From Chloropicon primus (lineage: Eukaryota): a stretch of 64,000 nt of DNA. A model generated the notes under the pieces. The model searched no databases. It was not told the DNA's origin and worked only from the letters and a program-made list of their open reading frames with translations. Shown here piece after piece: positions 36,660-47,731 of this stretch (positions are counted from its first letter, which is position 1; each line of letters begins with the position of its first letter). The stretch is from the NCBI GenBank assembly GCA_023205875.1, contig CP060768.1:62001-126000 (forward strand), in the 5' to 3' direction. The position numbers and the translations under genes were made by a program.

Positions 36660-38009
36660 TCAAAAATCGTCGGTGCACGCGCCGTGGAACGCGGAGACGA
36701 GGTGGTCGATCTGCGCCTCGGTGATCACCAAGGGAGGGGTGAATCGAATGATCTTGCCGTGCGTCTGCTTGGCCAGGATTCCCCTGTCCAGCAGCTTCAT
36801 GCACACGCCCACGGCCGAGAAGCCGGGCTTTGTTGGGTTGTCGACAAACTCCACGGCACTCATCAGCCCTCTGCCCCTGATTTCTTTGATGCAGTCGAGG
36901 CCCTCGCAAGCCTCCGTCAGCTTTTCCCTCAGAATGTGCCCCATCTTCACGGAACGCTCGCACATTCCCTCCTCCATGAGAACCTTCAAGGCGGCTATGG
37001 CAACCCTCGCGGCGGTCGGGTTTCCGCCGTAAGTGCTTCCGTGCTGCCCAGGCTTAATGCAGTCCATGATGTGGTTGTCCGCGAGGACGGCGCTCACGGG
37101 GTACGTCCCTCCGCTCAGCGCCTTGCCCAACACAATGATGTCCGGCCTGGTGTTGTCGAACTCGCTGGCCAGCATGGTGCCGCACCTTCCGAGACCCGCC
37201 TGCACCTCGTCCGCGATCAGAAGGACGTTGTGCCTGGAGCAGATCTCCTTGGCCCTCTTCAGGTACTCTGGAGTCTTGGGCACCACGACTCCTGCCTCCC
37301 CCTGGACGGGCTCCACCATGAACGCGCACACGTTCGGATCCTTCACCGCCTCCTCCAACGCGGCCAAGTCGTCGAAAGGCACGTGGTCGAACCCCGGGGT
37401 AAACGGGCCGAACTGGCCGTAACTCTCCGGATCGGTGCTGCTCGAGATCGCGGCGATGGACCTCCCCCAAAAGTTCTTCTCGCAGAAGACCACCCTGGCC
37501 TGGTTGTCCTTGATGCCCTTCTCGACGTAGCCCCACCTCCTGGCGAGCTTCACCGCGCTCTCGCTTCCCTCCACGCCACTGTTCATCGGCAGAAGCTTGT
37601 CGTACTTGAACACGTCCGTGATGAACTCGGCATACTCCCCCAGGACGTTGTTGTGGAAAGCCCTGCTGGTCAGGCCCAACGTGTTGGCCTGGTCCACCAA
37701 AGCCTTGACAATCTTCGGATGGCAGTGCCCCTGGTTCACCGCGGAGTATCCCGCCAGGCAATCGAGGTACTCCTTTCCCTCCACGTCCCAAACCACAGCG
37801 CCTTCTCCCCTGGCGAGCACCACGGGGATCGGCTCATAGTTGTGGCAGCCATGAAGCCTCTCCTTTTCCATCAACTCGGCCGAACTCACAGCCGTTTGAG
37901 TGAATCCTCGCGCTCCGAAGAGAGAGAGGGATGCCGCGAGATGATTTGGAACCATCTCCCTCGCATGCTTGTTCAACACGGCCCCTAGGGACCCTACTCC
38001 TCGCACCAT
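36660..38009 (-). CDS. OAT: Ornithine aminotransferase, mitochondrial
   Basis: HNYEPIP, YSAVNQGHCHP, NFWGRS, EPVQGEAG, IADEVQAGLGR, LGKALSGG, HGSTYGGNP. Confidence 0.96.
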   Translation of the reverse strand: MVRGVGSLGAVLNKHAREMVPNHLAASLSLFGARGFTQTAVSSAELMEKERLHGCHNYEPIPVVLARGEGAVVWDVEGKEYLDCLAGYSAVNQGHCHPKIVKALVDQANTLGLTSRAFHNNVLGEYAEFITDVFKYDKLLPMNSGVEGSESAVKLARRWGYVEKGIKDNQARVVFCEKNFWGRSIAAISSSTDPESYGQFGPFTPGFDHVPFDDLAALEEAVKDPNVCAFMVEPVQGEAGVVVPKTPEYLKRAKEICSRHNVLLIADEVQAGLGRCGTMLASEFDNTRPDIIVLGKALSGGTYPVSAVLADNHIMDCIKPGQHGSTYGGNPTAARVAIAALKVLMEEGMCERSVKMGHILREKLTEACEGLDCIKEIRGRGLMSAVEFVDNPTKPGFSAVGVCMKLLDRGILAKQTHGKIIRFTPPLVITEAQIDHLVSAFHGACTDDF

Positions 38010-38762
38010 TCTCCTTCAAACCTCGCAGGCCTCGCGATCGTGAGAATGCAAATTGCAAATGCAAATCGAGCTTCCCGTGGACCAAATCTTTCAAACGAGG
38101 GGTCGTTGGAAAGATAAAACGCTTGTCTTTCCGTCTAAACTCTTCTCCTTCGCTTCCACTCGTTGCAAAGTCTTCGAAACTCACCCAAGCGTTACGGTAC
38201 CGTGCAGGATGATTGCCTGACTCAGCAGACAAAAGGTGGCGTGATTTGGCAGAAAAGCGGAAAAAGGCGAAGGCGGGAGGAATCTGGTGTAAAGAATGGA
38301 GACGAGAGAACTTGCCGCCGCAACGGTGGCGGAGGAGAAAAGATGGCAGAGGAAGTATTATAAACGGAACCGTCTCGCCTTGCTCTTTCCAACGAGTGGT
38401 CGCATGATGGGGTTGACCCAGTGGTGAGGCGTGGAAGGGAAAGTCACCACCAAGGAGTGCAAAGCAAAAGCAAAGGTCCGAGGATGTTTCCTGGATCTTG
38501 GGCTCAAAGGCAAAGGCTAAAGGTGTCGCATTGTGGAGCCGTGAAAGACACGCACGTCTCTCTCTCTCTCTCTCTTCGCTTTGGAAGGGCCAGGAGATTC
38601 CGCACCCAACTCGACTCTGCACCCAATCAAACCCGAACAAACGACTGTGGAGGTGGGAAGACACACAACTCTTTGCTCTTTGTGTCTTGATTGATTGATT
38701 CATTGATTGATTCATTGATTGATTGATCGACTGTTTCATACATTGATTGATTGGCTGCGAAG

Positions 38763-40018
38763 ATGGTCGCCACGGAGGCCTCTGGGCTGGCGTGGGCCCT
38801 CGCATCGATCTTGTTCTTCGGGTCCTTCGCTGTGCCCATCAAGACGCCAGCCATGCAGCAGGCGAGGGTCCACCCCATCATCATTCAAGTGTACAAGAGC
38901 ACGGCCTGCTTCACCACGTCTTTCTTCGTGCTCTTGCTGAGGGACTTCAAGTTCTCGTACTGGGGCGTCATTGGGGCGGCGATCTGGGTGAGTGACCCAG
39001 CACCTAGCCATGGACCTGCCTCCTCCTCTGACTCACGGCTTGCCTTGCCTCGCTCCTCTCTCGCTCGCACAGGTGCTCAACGGGATAGCAGCCATAGCTG
39101 CGGTCCAGTGCGCTGGACTCGGGGTCAGCCAGGCCACCTGGAGCGCAGTGACGAGTAAGTGCGCCCACCATTCGCTTCCCGCTCTCTCTTGCGTGCAATG
39201 AACTGACCCCGGCTCTTGCTTGCCTCAACGCTGGTCGGTATCCTTGGCCCGTGATCCCCAAAGTTGTCGTGTCCTTCGTTTGGGGCACTTGCTACTACCG
39301 CGAGGACCTGCCTCACTGGAACCTCGCCGTCTTGGGGATCGTCCTGATGACCGGCGGCGTCTCCGCCGTCGGGATCATCTCGAGCGGCAGGATCGGTGGC
39401 CCCAGGACGAGCTCGAAGCCGATGGAGGAGGGCACAAACCTCAGGGGGGTCAGCTACGCCAAGCTCGAGGAGGGAAAGGGGAGCGATGTCGAGGACGAGG
39501 GTGGGAGAATCAAGAGCCGCCACGGGAGCGCAAGCCCCTGGGGAGGCCTTTCGCCGAGAGCCAAGGGCCTGTGCTTCGCCTTGTATGTGGGGGTCGCGAA
39601 CGGGAGCTTCATGGTCCCCTTCAAGTCCGCCATCAAGGACAGTGGTCTGGACGCTGTGGAATACGTCCTGTCCTTTGGGATTGGCTCCGCGGGCGTCACA
39701 GCGATTGTGCTGACGCTGTGGCTGCTCCTCGGCCACCACAGAACGCCCATTGGACCGTCGTGGAAAGTTGCTCTGAAACCGAGCTTACTCACCGGCCTGC
39801 TCTGGAGCGCGGGAAACTTCTGCAGCATCTACGCCACCCAGTTGCTGGACCTTACGGTGGCTTGGCCCCTCGTCCAGTGCCAGCTGCTCGTGAGTACGGC
39901 CTGGGGCATCTTTTACTACCACGAGGTCCAGGGAACCCAACGAATAGCTATGGTCGTGGGATCATCCTTTGTGGTGGTCCTGGGCGTGCTCTTCTTGTCC
40001 ATGTCCAAGGAAAGCTAA
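38763..40018 (+). CDS. TMEM144-like drug/metabolite transporter superfamily protein; introns 38988-39072 and 39155-39263
   Basis: FFGSFAVPIK, GLGVSQATWS, NGSFMVP, GLLWSAGN, WGIFYYHE; both introns restore the frame. Confidence 0.78.
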
Positions 40019-40110
40019 CAAAAGGTTGATCTATGCGGGTGTCTGTGTAATTGTACAATATATATATATATAAGTTCTTAGTGATACAAAGTGGGTGTGA
40101 CGCCCGCTTC

Positions 40111-43100
40111 TCAAGTCGCTGCGCTCAAACCATCAAGAATCGACTCCACCCTCTCCTTGGCGCTTATGTCAATCGCAGAGCTGATGTAGTTGGACGACTC
40201 GATTCCCCACAGCAGAACGCTCTTGACGTGCGAAACCGCGAAGTCAAAGGAGCCCCTCATGATAGTGTCCCTGATCTCCGAAGACTTGTGGAGGAAGACC
40301 TCGATGGGCCTCGAAATGGGCAACGCCCAGTCCTGCTCCAGAACGTCGTCCATGTCCCTGATGAGCTCGTCGAGGACAATCTTGATCCTCCTCAGCATCT
40401 CGCCGTGCATATCCGTCGTGAGCAGCTGCTCCAAGTGAATGGACTTCCCGTCGAGAAAGGCTTGGAGAAGTATCGCGTTCGCTATGATTTTTGACACACC
40501 GGCGTAGCAGTCAGAGCCCAGGACCTTGCCGAGAAACAGAATGCCCTCTAACTCCTGGCAGGAGATGCATGCTCTCAGCGTGTCGATGTACAGTTGGGTC
40601 AAGCTGTCAAAGGCCTTGGTAAAAAATTTCAAGTTGTACAGGCTGCTGGTGAACTGCTCCGCGTTTCTCAAATCTTTCTCGACCCCAAGAGCCTTTGACT
40701 GCCGCAGGTTCGCGATAAAGTCAGAGCAGGTCGCCGTGTAGGACGTGAGGTCAAACCAATTGTGCCACGCCAGGGCGGATGCCTCGTCGATGAACACCTG
40801 GGAGTGCGCTTCCACTGGGAGGCTTTCACAACGCACCGCCATGGAGTTGGAGTAGCTAAGGTAGATGTTCTTCACCACCGGGACGTACCCTAGCGTGGGG
40901 TGCTCTTGGGCGACCAGGATGGACACTATTTGAGCTGTCTGGTTCGCAGAGACGTTGTCATAGCTCGCTTTAACCAGGAGCTTGTGGAAGGGGTCCTCGT
41001 GACTCTGCACTCGAACTGACTTCAAGAAGTTTGAGTTCAAAATTCCACTGAGTAGCTTCTGCTTGTCCTCGTAAAGGAAGTCCGGGTGATTGACTTGTAT
41101 GTCGAGGATCAGGCCGCCTTTTCTTTTCACCTCGGTGTTCTCCAGCACGTGAGACTGGCCGACGGAAACGTACGCCCTGATGTGCCTTATAACGTCCTCC
41201 GCAAAAACCACGGAAGCGTCTTTCATGCTCTCCGACGAGGTTCCCCGAATCAGGTAATACTCGCAAACGGTCGGAAGGCCCATCCCAAAGCCTTCGCGCG
41301 CTGCGCCACCCTCACCAGCACTTTGTGTGGGTGACAACAAATTGCCTACGCTCATGGACCCGTCGATGGACTGCACGATGTCCACGTTACATGCCCCTTT
41401 CCGAAAGGATATTGGATGCAGGAAGTGCCAAAGATTCGAGATTGGACCACCGTCGAGATCGCCTTCGTTTTCATCCATGTGGATCAAAACCTGTTCCATC
41501 AGCAGGCTGGTGAACGCGCGCACCGACTCGAGCCTGCAGTACTGAAGTGCAGTGTAGCTCCCGTAGGCTAGATCCGAAGAGCTGCCTCCGAAACTTCCTG
41601 CTGTGAGGTACACAGGGAACAACGAGTTCATGGTTTCCGCCCTGTCGATGTCGTTCCCGAGCATTGCCAGCTGGTTCGCGGCCTGAGAAATGTCGCGAGC
41701 AGAGAACTCACGGGAAGCGCTTCCGGCCATCTCAAATGCACTCGCCGCCCCCTTTAGCAACTTGATGCTCTTTGGATAAGGATCCAGCGGAACGGGTGGC
41801 TGACTCAAATGCCAAACGAGGCCCCCCAGGACCACCTCCAGGCCCGAACTCGCCGCCAGTCGCAGATCTTCTATTATCCCTGGCTGTGCCTTCTCCATGG
41901 GAGACAGCGCAAGAGGGTAAGCCATCGGAGGAGGTCCGTTGGTCTCACTTGCTCCAGTTTCGTCCTTGAGCTTCTCGTGCTTTCCCTGCTTCCTGCGCGT
42001 ATGCTGAGGCGCTTTCTTCCTGGCCAGCAGGTGCTTCGCCCTGACATCCAGCAACAAGCGCTTTGTGGACTCCAACTCGTGGAAGTACCCCGAGGAGAGG
42101 ACGTTCGAGCACGCCTTAATCAGGTGAGATGCTCGGTACAGTTGGTTCATGAGGAGGAAAGCGTGCCTTGGATTCTCTTTCACGATGTCCAAGGTCTTCG
42201 ACAAGCTTTTTCTCACTATCTTTGAGTCGTCGCTTGAGGATACAAGCTCCAAAATCCCCAGGTGATCGAGCTGACCCAGGCAGTTCACAATATCTTTGAC
42301 GTGATCCATCAAATAATCGAATCCTTTGCCTTTCTCCACCGATTTTTTCATCGTGTCAACGACCTCCTTCTTGATTTCGGTTTCCCTCGCATCAGCTGCG
42401 TTTTTGGTTTCCTCGCCCTCCGGCGGGGTCTCCTTGAGAAAGGAAACCTCGTCGCCGGCGCTGTCTTGCAGCTCTGCGCTAAGGATGTCAAGAACAACTT
42501 CAGCCGAATTCGAAATGACGGAGAGCTGGCTTGACAGCGAGCAGTCGAACAGCACAAGCTCTACCACAGCAGAAAGCAGCGACATGTGGTACTCGTCGAA
42601 TTCTTCAACCGCGTCTTCCTCCAGACTGTGGCCGTTCACTATCGCGCTCATGATCTGATGGACTTGATTTGGAGAGACCGAGCTTTGGGTGTTGTACACA
42701 TCTTGAGACCATTCAAGCAGCGCGTACGAGAGCATCTCACAAAGAGCGGGCCGGACTTCGGAGAGGGACATGAATTCAGACATCATGTCCTTCCTCTTCG
42801 CCAGGTTTGGCTCGAAGACTATGGCTTCCATTGGCGAGTTCTCGCTGTACAGCTGAAGGTAACGCCTGACCGCTTTCTGGCTCAGGAAGACTCCGCTGTA
42901 TATTGCCTCAAACGGGTCTCCTGAAAAGTGGGCAATCGATTCCGCGATCAGTTGGCCCTCGCTCACGGCCTCGTGGTGGAAGACGTACCTCTTCAGAACC
43001 CGCATCAGTCGTTTTGGAAACTTGGCCTTGGTCCTTTCCACCTGACCCTCGTCGTCTTTGTTCACAACATCGACGTGCAGCACAACAGACAAGGTGATGA

Positions 43101-44550
43101 TCTTCTGCTGCAGCACGGCGCGCTTGACGGCCTTGACAAAAGACAAGGACGTCCTCCTTGTCGTCTGGCTTTTGTCGCCTACTTTGTACTCCAGGGTGTC
43201 GAACATCTCCGATAGCGCGAACTTGATGCCCCTGTTCGTCTTGCTCCCTCCTTTCGAGGAGTGACTGTGACTGTTCTGGTTTTCGTCGAACTGATTGACC
43301 CTGAACGTTGCCGGGTGCATAGGCTTTTCGCTGATGTACAGGCCCTCGATCACGTGGAGCTTCGTGTCCATCAAGTCTTGCACCTGCAGCATGAGGTGCT
43401 GCACAAAAGTGGCCAGGGCGCCTGTGAGATAACTTCCGGAAACCAGAACGTCCTCCTGGAGCCCGATCACCGCTGGGATGTCCGACATGAGAGACAGGTA
43501 CTTGTCAGAAACCTTCTTGTTGTGGTTGAACCCGGTGGAGAAGGAGCCAAGACTCGTCCTCTGCACGGACACCATCGTGCTCAGCAGGAAGGTTTCCGTT
43601 ACGCTTTTTCGGCCGTCCAGCGTGTCGAGGTCGTCGGAACTGAATTCAGAGAGAGTCAAGGAAAACTGGAACGCCCTCTGGCACCCCTCTGTGGACTCGA
43701 CCGTGCCCCTCAATACCTTGAGCCGCTGCCTGTCTACCGCGAAGACGGTGTGAGGGAGGCCCCAGCAAGCCGGACCATATTTGGCTGCAGAGCTCACGCG
43801 TTGATGAGCTCCGCCCTGGGCGCCGAAGGAACCGTTCGGAAGCACCATCTCCCTCCTCTTTTCCACGGATGGCCTGAACTCTGCAGAGCGGCAGAGGGGC
43901 GAATTCGGGGAGACTGTCTCGGGCAGCGCCCCCACTTCCTCGAGGTGCTCCACCGCTGCGGTGAAGTCCCTTTTTATGAGCAGAAGCAAGCTCTTGTCCA
44001 GGCAGCTTCCAACCAGGCAGCTGAGATGAAAGTATGGATTCCGGGAGAACAAGCGCCTTCCCTTGACGGGGGCGGCCTCTTTGCCCGGCTTCCCGGCCTT
44101 TCCCTTCTTGGTGCCCTCGCTCGAGTCCGCTTCGCTCCCAAGCTGGCTCGCCTCGATGACTTGAGCATCTTCTATGAATATGGAGTCCCTGGTAACCCGC
44201 TTCTCGAAAACTCGCCTCATGGCGAAGCGGAGAGAAGCGGAGAGCCCCGCCCCGTCAAAGTGCTCCAGCACGCTCCTCCCCCTCCTGGCCTCAGCTTTCG
44301 ACTGGCCTCCCTCACCACCCCAGTCGTGAGAGAAGTCGTCGTACCCATCGCTCTCCTCGTCCCCCGAGTCCGCCTCGCTACCGTGGCTTGAGTGCCCTTC
44401 CCCGTCAGACCTGCTGAGGTCCACGGAGTTCTCAGCATCAGACTCGCGGTGGTTGTCCCCCTCGTCCTTCTGACTCTCCTCCTCGCCGCTCCCCCTCTTC
44501 CCCCTCCTGCTGAGAGAGACCAAGCTCCTCAGCCTCTTCACGAAAGCCAT
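40111..44550 (-). CDS. Large hypothetical protein (1479 aa)
   Basis: Uninterrupted 4.4-kb ORF; basic N-terminus then acidic low-complexity region; no family recognised. Confidence 0.85.
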   Translation of the reverse strand: MAFVKRLRSLVSLSRRGKRGSGEEESQKDEGDNHRESDAENSVDLSRSDGEGHSSHGSEADSGDEESDGYDDFSHDWGGEGGQSKAEARRGRSVLEHFDGAGLSASLRFAMRRVFEKRVTRDSIFIEDAQVIEASQLGSEADSSEGTKKGKAGKPGKEAAPVKGRRLFSRNPYFHLSCLVGSCLDKSLLLLIKRDFTAAVEHLEEVGALPETVSPNSPLCRSAEFRPSVEKRREMVLPNGSFGAQGGAHQRVSSAAKYGPACWGLPHTVFAVDRQRLKVLRGTVESTEGCQRAFQFSLTLSEFSSDDLDTLDGRKSVTETFLLSTMVSVQRTSLGSFSTGFNHNKKVSDKYLSLMSDIPAVIGLQEDVLVSGSYLTGALATFVQHLMLQVQDLMDTKLHVIEGLYISEKPMHPATFRVNQFDENQNSHSHSSKGGSKTNRGIKFALSEMFDTLEYKVGDKSQTTRRTSLSFVKAVKRAVLQQKIITLSVVLHVDVVNKDDEGQVERTKAKFPKRLMRVLKRYVFHHEAVSEGQLIAESIAHFSGDPFEAIYSGVFLSQKAVRRYLQLYSENSPMEAIVFEPNLAKRKDMMSEFMSLSEVRPALCEMLSYALLEWSQDVYNTQSSVSPNQVHQIMSAIVNGHSLEEDAVEEFDEYHMSLLSAVVELVLFDCSLSSQLSVISNSAEVVLDILSAELQDSAGDEVSFLKETPPEGEETKNAADARETEIKKEVVDTMKKSVEKGKGFDYLMDHVKDIVNCLGQLDHLGILELVSSSDDSKIVRKSLSKTLDIVKENPRHAFLLMNQLYRASHLIKACSNVLSSGYFHELESTKRLLLDVRAKHLLARKKAPQHTRRKQGKHEKLKDETGASETNGPPPMAYPLALSPMEKAQPGIIEDLRLAASSGLEVVLGGLVWHLSQPPVPLDPYPKSIKLLKGAASAFEMAGSASREFSARDISQAANQLAMLGNDIDRAETMNSLFPVYLTAGSFGGSSSDLAYGSYTALQYCRLESVRAFTSLLMEQVLIHMDENEGDLDGGPISNLWHFLHPISFRKGACNVDIVQSIDGSMSVGNLLSPTQSAGEGGAAREGFGMGLPTVCEYYLIRGTSSESMKDASVVFAEDVIRHIRAYVSVGQSHVLENTEVKRKGGLILDIQVNHPDFLYEDKQKLLSGILNSNFLKSVRVQSHEDPFHKLLVKASYDNVSANQTAQIVSILVAQEHPTLGYVPVVKNIYLSYSNSMAVRCESLPVEAHSQVFIDEASALAWHNWFDLTSYTATCSDFIANLRQSKALGVEKDLRNAEQFTSSLYNLKFFTKAFDSLTQLYIDTLRACISCQELEGILFLGKVLGSDCYAGVSKIIANAILLQAFLDGKSIHLEQLLTTDMHGEMLRRIKIVLDELIRDMDDVLEQDWALPISRPIEVFLHKSSEIRDTIMRGSFDFAVSHVKSVLLWGIESSNYISSAIDISAKERVESILDGLSAAT

Positions 44551-44652
44551 GACGTGAGAAACCTTCGGCCAGCCGGGTTATGCCACGACCGCGACGCGAC
44601 GCCGACTCCCCATTATTCCCTATTCTCGCCAGAACGGATCAGCTCGAACTGC

Positions 44653-45060
44653 CATGCCTCTTGCCCTCCTTCCAGCTCGCTGAAGCCTCTGTGACAGGCA
44701 GCTCACAGTTGCTGCCTTGGAAAGGTAAGACAACCACCAGCACCAGCACCAGCACCAGCACCAGCAGCAAGTGAGTACGACGCCGCTTCCAATTGATTTG
44801 AATCCACAGCCCAGTGATGCCTCTTGCCCTTTCCTCCCAGCTCACTCGGAGGAACAAGTCCTAAAGCTCCGAGGCTGGAGTAAACCTCTGTCCAGCAAAA
44901 GGTGGTGCCTTTGCAGTACTCCCTTGGCCCAAAGGTCCCAGCAGCAGCAGCAAGTGAATACGACGCCGCTTCCAATTGTTGAGGCTGAGGATGCTGAGAG
45001 TGATCCACGTCTCAGTGATGCCTCTTGCCCTCCTTCCCAGCTCACTCGGAGGAACAAGTC
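44653..45060. repeat. Degenerate direct repeats (about 2.5 copies, period about 160-200 bp)
   Basis: ATGCCTCTTGCCCT..CCAGCTC occurs 3 times; CAGCAGCAAGTGA.TACGACGCCGCTTCCAATTG and ACTCGGAGGAACAAGTC occur twice each. Confidence 0.85.
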
Positions 45061-45524
45061 ACCAAGCTCCTCGTCCTCTGTTGCTCCTCCTCTCTCTCTC
45101 TCTCTGGCTCGCTCTCCCGCGTCCTCCTCCCCATTTCCTTAATCAAAACCCAAGATCAAATAACACGCATTACTCGTTCTCTCTACCCCATTCCTCCTAG
45201 AGTGGAAATCTTCCCCTATTTCACATTTGAATTTCGAATAGAGTAGTCCCATCATGAAGAGATCCACGAGCAGTGAAATATGAAATACGGAAACGTTATT
45301 TGTGTTACTTCATGTATCGCACGACGTGTTTGAAGTGTAATCAACTTTGACCAGATCTTGTCCAATCGGTTACCAACCGAAAAAACGAGAAAAAAGCTGC
45401 AGACTTTTGGCGTCAGAGGAAGGCGACGACCAGGACGAGGACGAGGACGAGGACGACGCACACGCAAGATATATATACAGGTATATATCTATACAGGTGG
45501 TGGCACCACGTAAGCGGTTGAGGT

Positions 45525-46441
45525 ATGACGCATTGCGTTGCGCAGTTGAGGACCTTCTCGAACAAGACTCTGCAAGGTAAGCTATTGTTTTTGAGGGAAT
45601 GAATGAATGGAGAATGTTGTCACAGGACAACATTCCATGAAATTCGATTGTTTTGCTGTTGAATGGGACTGACTGAGGACAATTGTTCTGCTTGTGTGCC
45701 TTTGCCGTTGCCCTAGATAACTGGTTCGAGGACAGAGTTCAGGAAGGTCTTGACGTGAACCAGAGCAAGCCCGTGAGCAAGAATGAGCTCAGTCTCATGT
45801 TCGCCTCGGGGGAGGGACAGTCGGAACGTCTCGAGCATCTCACACGCCACGCACGACCCGACTCGCGCAGGACCCTTCCCATCTTGAGCGATGACGACGA
45901 GTCTCGCTTCACGAGTACGTACAAAGCCAATTCGATGGAGACCATTCAGCAGAAAAAGTTTCATGGGAAAGACTCTGGAAGGAAACTTTTAGTCAACAGA
46001 CTGAATTTAGGGAAAACGATCAGGACGCAGAGAGTCTTGCAGAACGGAGACGACCTTCTTCCAAAGCATCCCCCGAGCAAGGACGCCAAGTACTTCGAGA
46101 CGAGCAATAGCATCATGTACGGAAAGGACCCGGACTCTGTGCGCGACAAGTGGGACTTCAAGCCACTGCCAGAGAAGGGCAACGATAACCGCTTTATCGG
46201 AGGCTACGCGGCCAAGTGCAACCCCAACGACGAGTACCACAGAGCCTTCTACGGGGACTCTCGCTACTTCTTCAAGACCGGAAGCATCGAGAAGGACTCT
46301 TACGCAAAGTCCATGTTCGCGGCACAGCCTCGTGGAAAGTGTGGCGCGAGAGGAGAGCTTGTTCGGGCCCCGGACGAGTCTGGCGCGATTCTCGGCACCT
46401 CTGTGTGGGCCGACGAGTACGGGTCCGGGAGGCTCAGCTAA
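45525..46441 (+). CDS. Putative ciliary microtubule inner protein with N-terminal NWxExR motif; exons 45525-45576 and 45717-46441
   Basis: GTAAGC..TAG intron 45577-45716 gives MTHCVAQLRTFSNKTLQDNWFEDR; short F-T-S-T-Y and Y-F-E-T-S type motifs follow. Confidence 0.6.
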
Positions 46442-46822
46442 AAGAAGTAGTCGGCAAACAAAGAACTCATCCAGTTTGTCGAGCTTCGTCGTCGTTGTTG
46501 TAACAAAAAGCATTTACAGTAATTCAAACAAAGAAACACAGGCAAAGCGCCCCCTTGAAGCTTCCCTTGCACGTCCCCCTTGCACTCTCCAGGTGCTTCA
46601 GCACCGCAAGAACGCCCCTCTGGGCTGCTCTCCCTTTGGCCAACTCCAACCGGAAGTTCTAAACGAGCAGTAGGACCACGACGGCTTTCGTGTTATGTGA
46701 TGTGTTTGCTGTATCACAACGAAGTATTAGTCTAGTTGAGGATTATCTGTCCATCGGGCAAGACAAAAGTATGTGCTCAAGTGACGAGACAAGAGGGGTT
46801 CGTCCATCTCAGCTCTCTCTCC

Positions 46823-47731
46823 TTATTGAGACCCGCCAATCGCGCTTGAGATAAAGACCCAAAAGTTGTTTGGCAACTCCGGCTTCTCGAGGTCGCCTCG
46901 AACCATCCCTTGCGTGATCTTTTCCATCGTTAGGTTCTTTCCTAATACCGTAAGCGTCTTCGCGCAGACCTCGTACTCGGCACCGAAGTCGTTCTGGAAC
47001 TTAAACTGAGGCATCAAGCAGAGGTTCTGCCTGGTGCCGCAGTGCTGGAGGACGACGGCCTTACCGACCGGAACCTTCTCTCCCTCAATGTTCTCCATAT
47101 TGGACCTCTCCACGACGTCTGGATGGAGGACAACGAAGACGCTGTCGAACGAGTCGCTTGGGGTCAACGCAATCTCCTGGAAGTGGCTGAACTTTGCAAA
47201 GTTTGTGGTGGAGATGGGCTTGGAGTACAAGTATAGTGGAGCCTCGTGGGGCTCCGGGAAATGCATCAGCTTGATCTTCTGCCCGTAGTGCAAGGTCTCC
47301 TTGTCCTCGTAATCCCTCTCGAATATATCGCTCGTGGCCTTCTCGTACTTTACGATCTTGAAAGCATTCCTCACGCAAGGGTCTGTGGAAGTCGACGCAG
47401 TCACGGCATGCGTCTTATCGACTCGAGAGTCCGAAGACTTGTCGTCAATGTCGCAAGAGAGCGTCGAACCTGTGGTCGCATGGCAAACTTGCACGACATC
47501 CCCGAAGTGGACGTACCCGTCAGCCTTCACGGTCGTCAGCTCTACTGGAGCGAGGGCCTTGTTCATGCGCCTCTGGAAAAGGTCAATCTTGAGCGTCCCG
47601 TTCTCTCTCTTGCTCAAGTAATCCTTCAGCAAGGTCTCCTCCATTTCCAAGTCCTCGTTCCAGTTTCCGATACGGCATTTGCTGTTGTACTTCCCAGAAC
47701 CCTGGAGCTGCTGCTTCGTGTAGTACTGCAT
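46823..47731 (-). CDS. CFAP161: Cilia- and flagella-associated protein 161
   Basis: YNSKCRIGNWNEDLEMEETLLKDYLSKRENGTL, DGYVHFGD, LHYGQK, HCGTRQNL, DFGAEYEV, NNFW. Confidence 0.88.
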   Translation of the reverse strand: MQYYTKQQLQGSGKYNSKCRIGNWNEDLEMEETLLKDYLSKRENGTLKIDLFQRRMNKALAPVELTTVKADGYVHFGDVVQVCHATTGSTLSCDIDDKSSDSRVDKTHAVTASTSTDPCVRNAFKIVKYEKATSDIFERDYEDKETLHYGQKIKLMHFPEPHEAPLYLYSKPISTTNFAKFSHFQEIALTPSDSFDSVFVVLHPDVVERSNMENIEGEKVPVGKAVVLQHCGTRQNLCLMPQFKFQNDFGAEYEVCAKTLTVLGKNLTMEKITQGMVRGDLEKPELPNNFWVFISSAIGGSQ

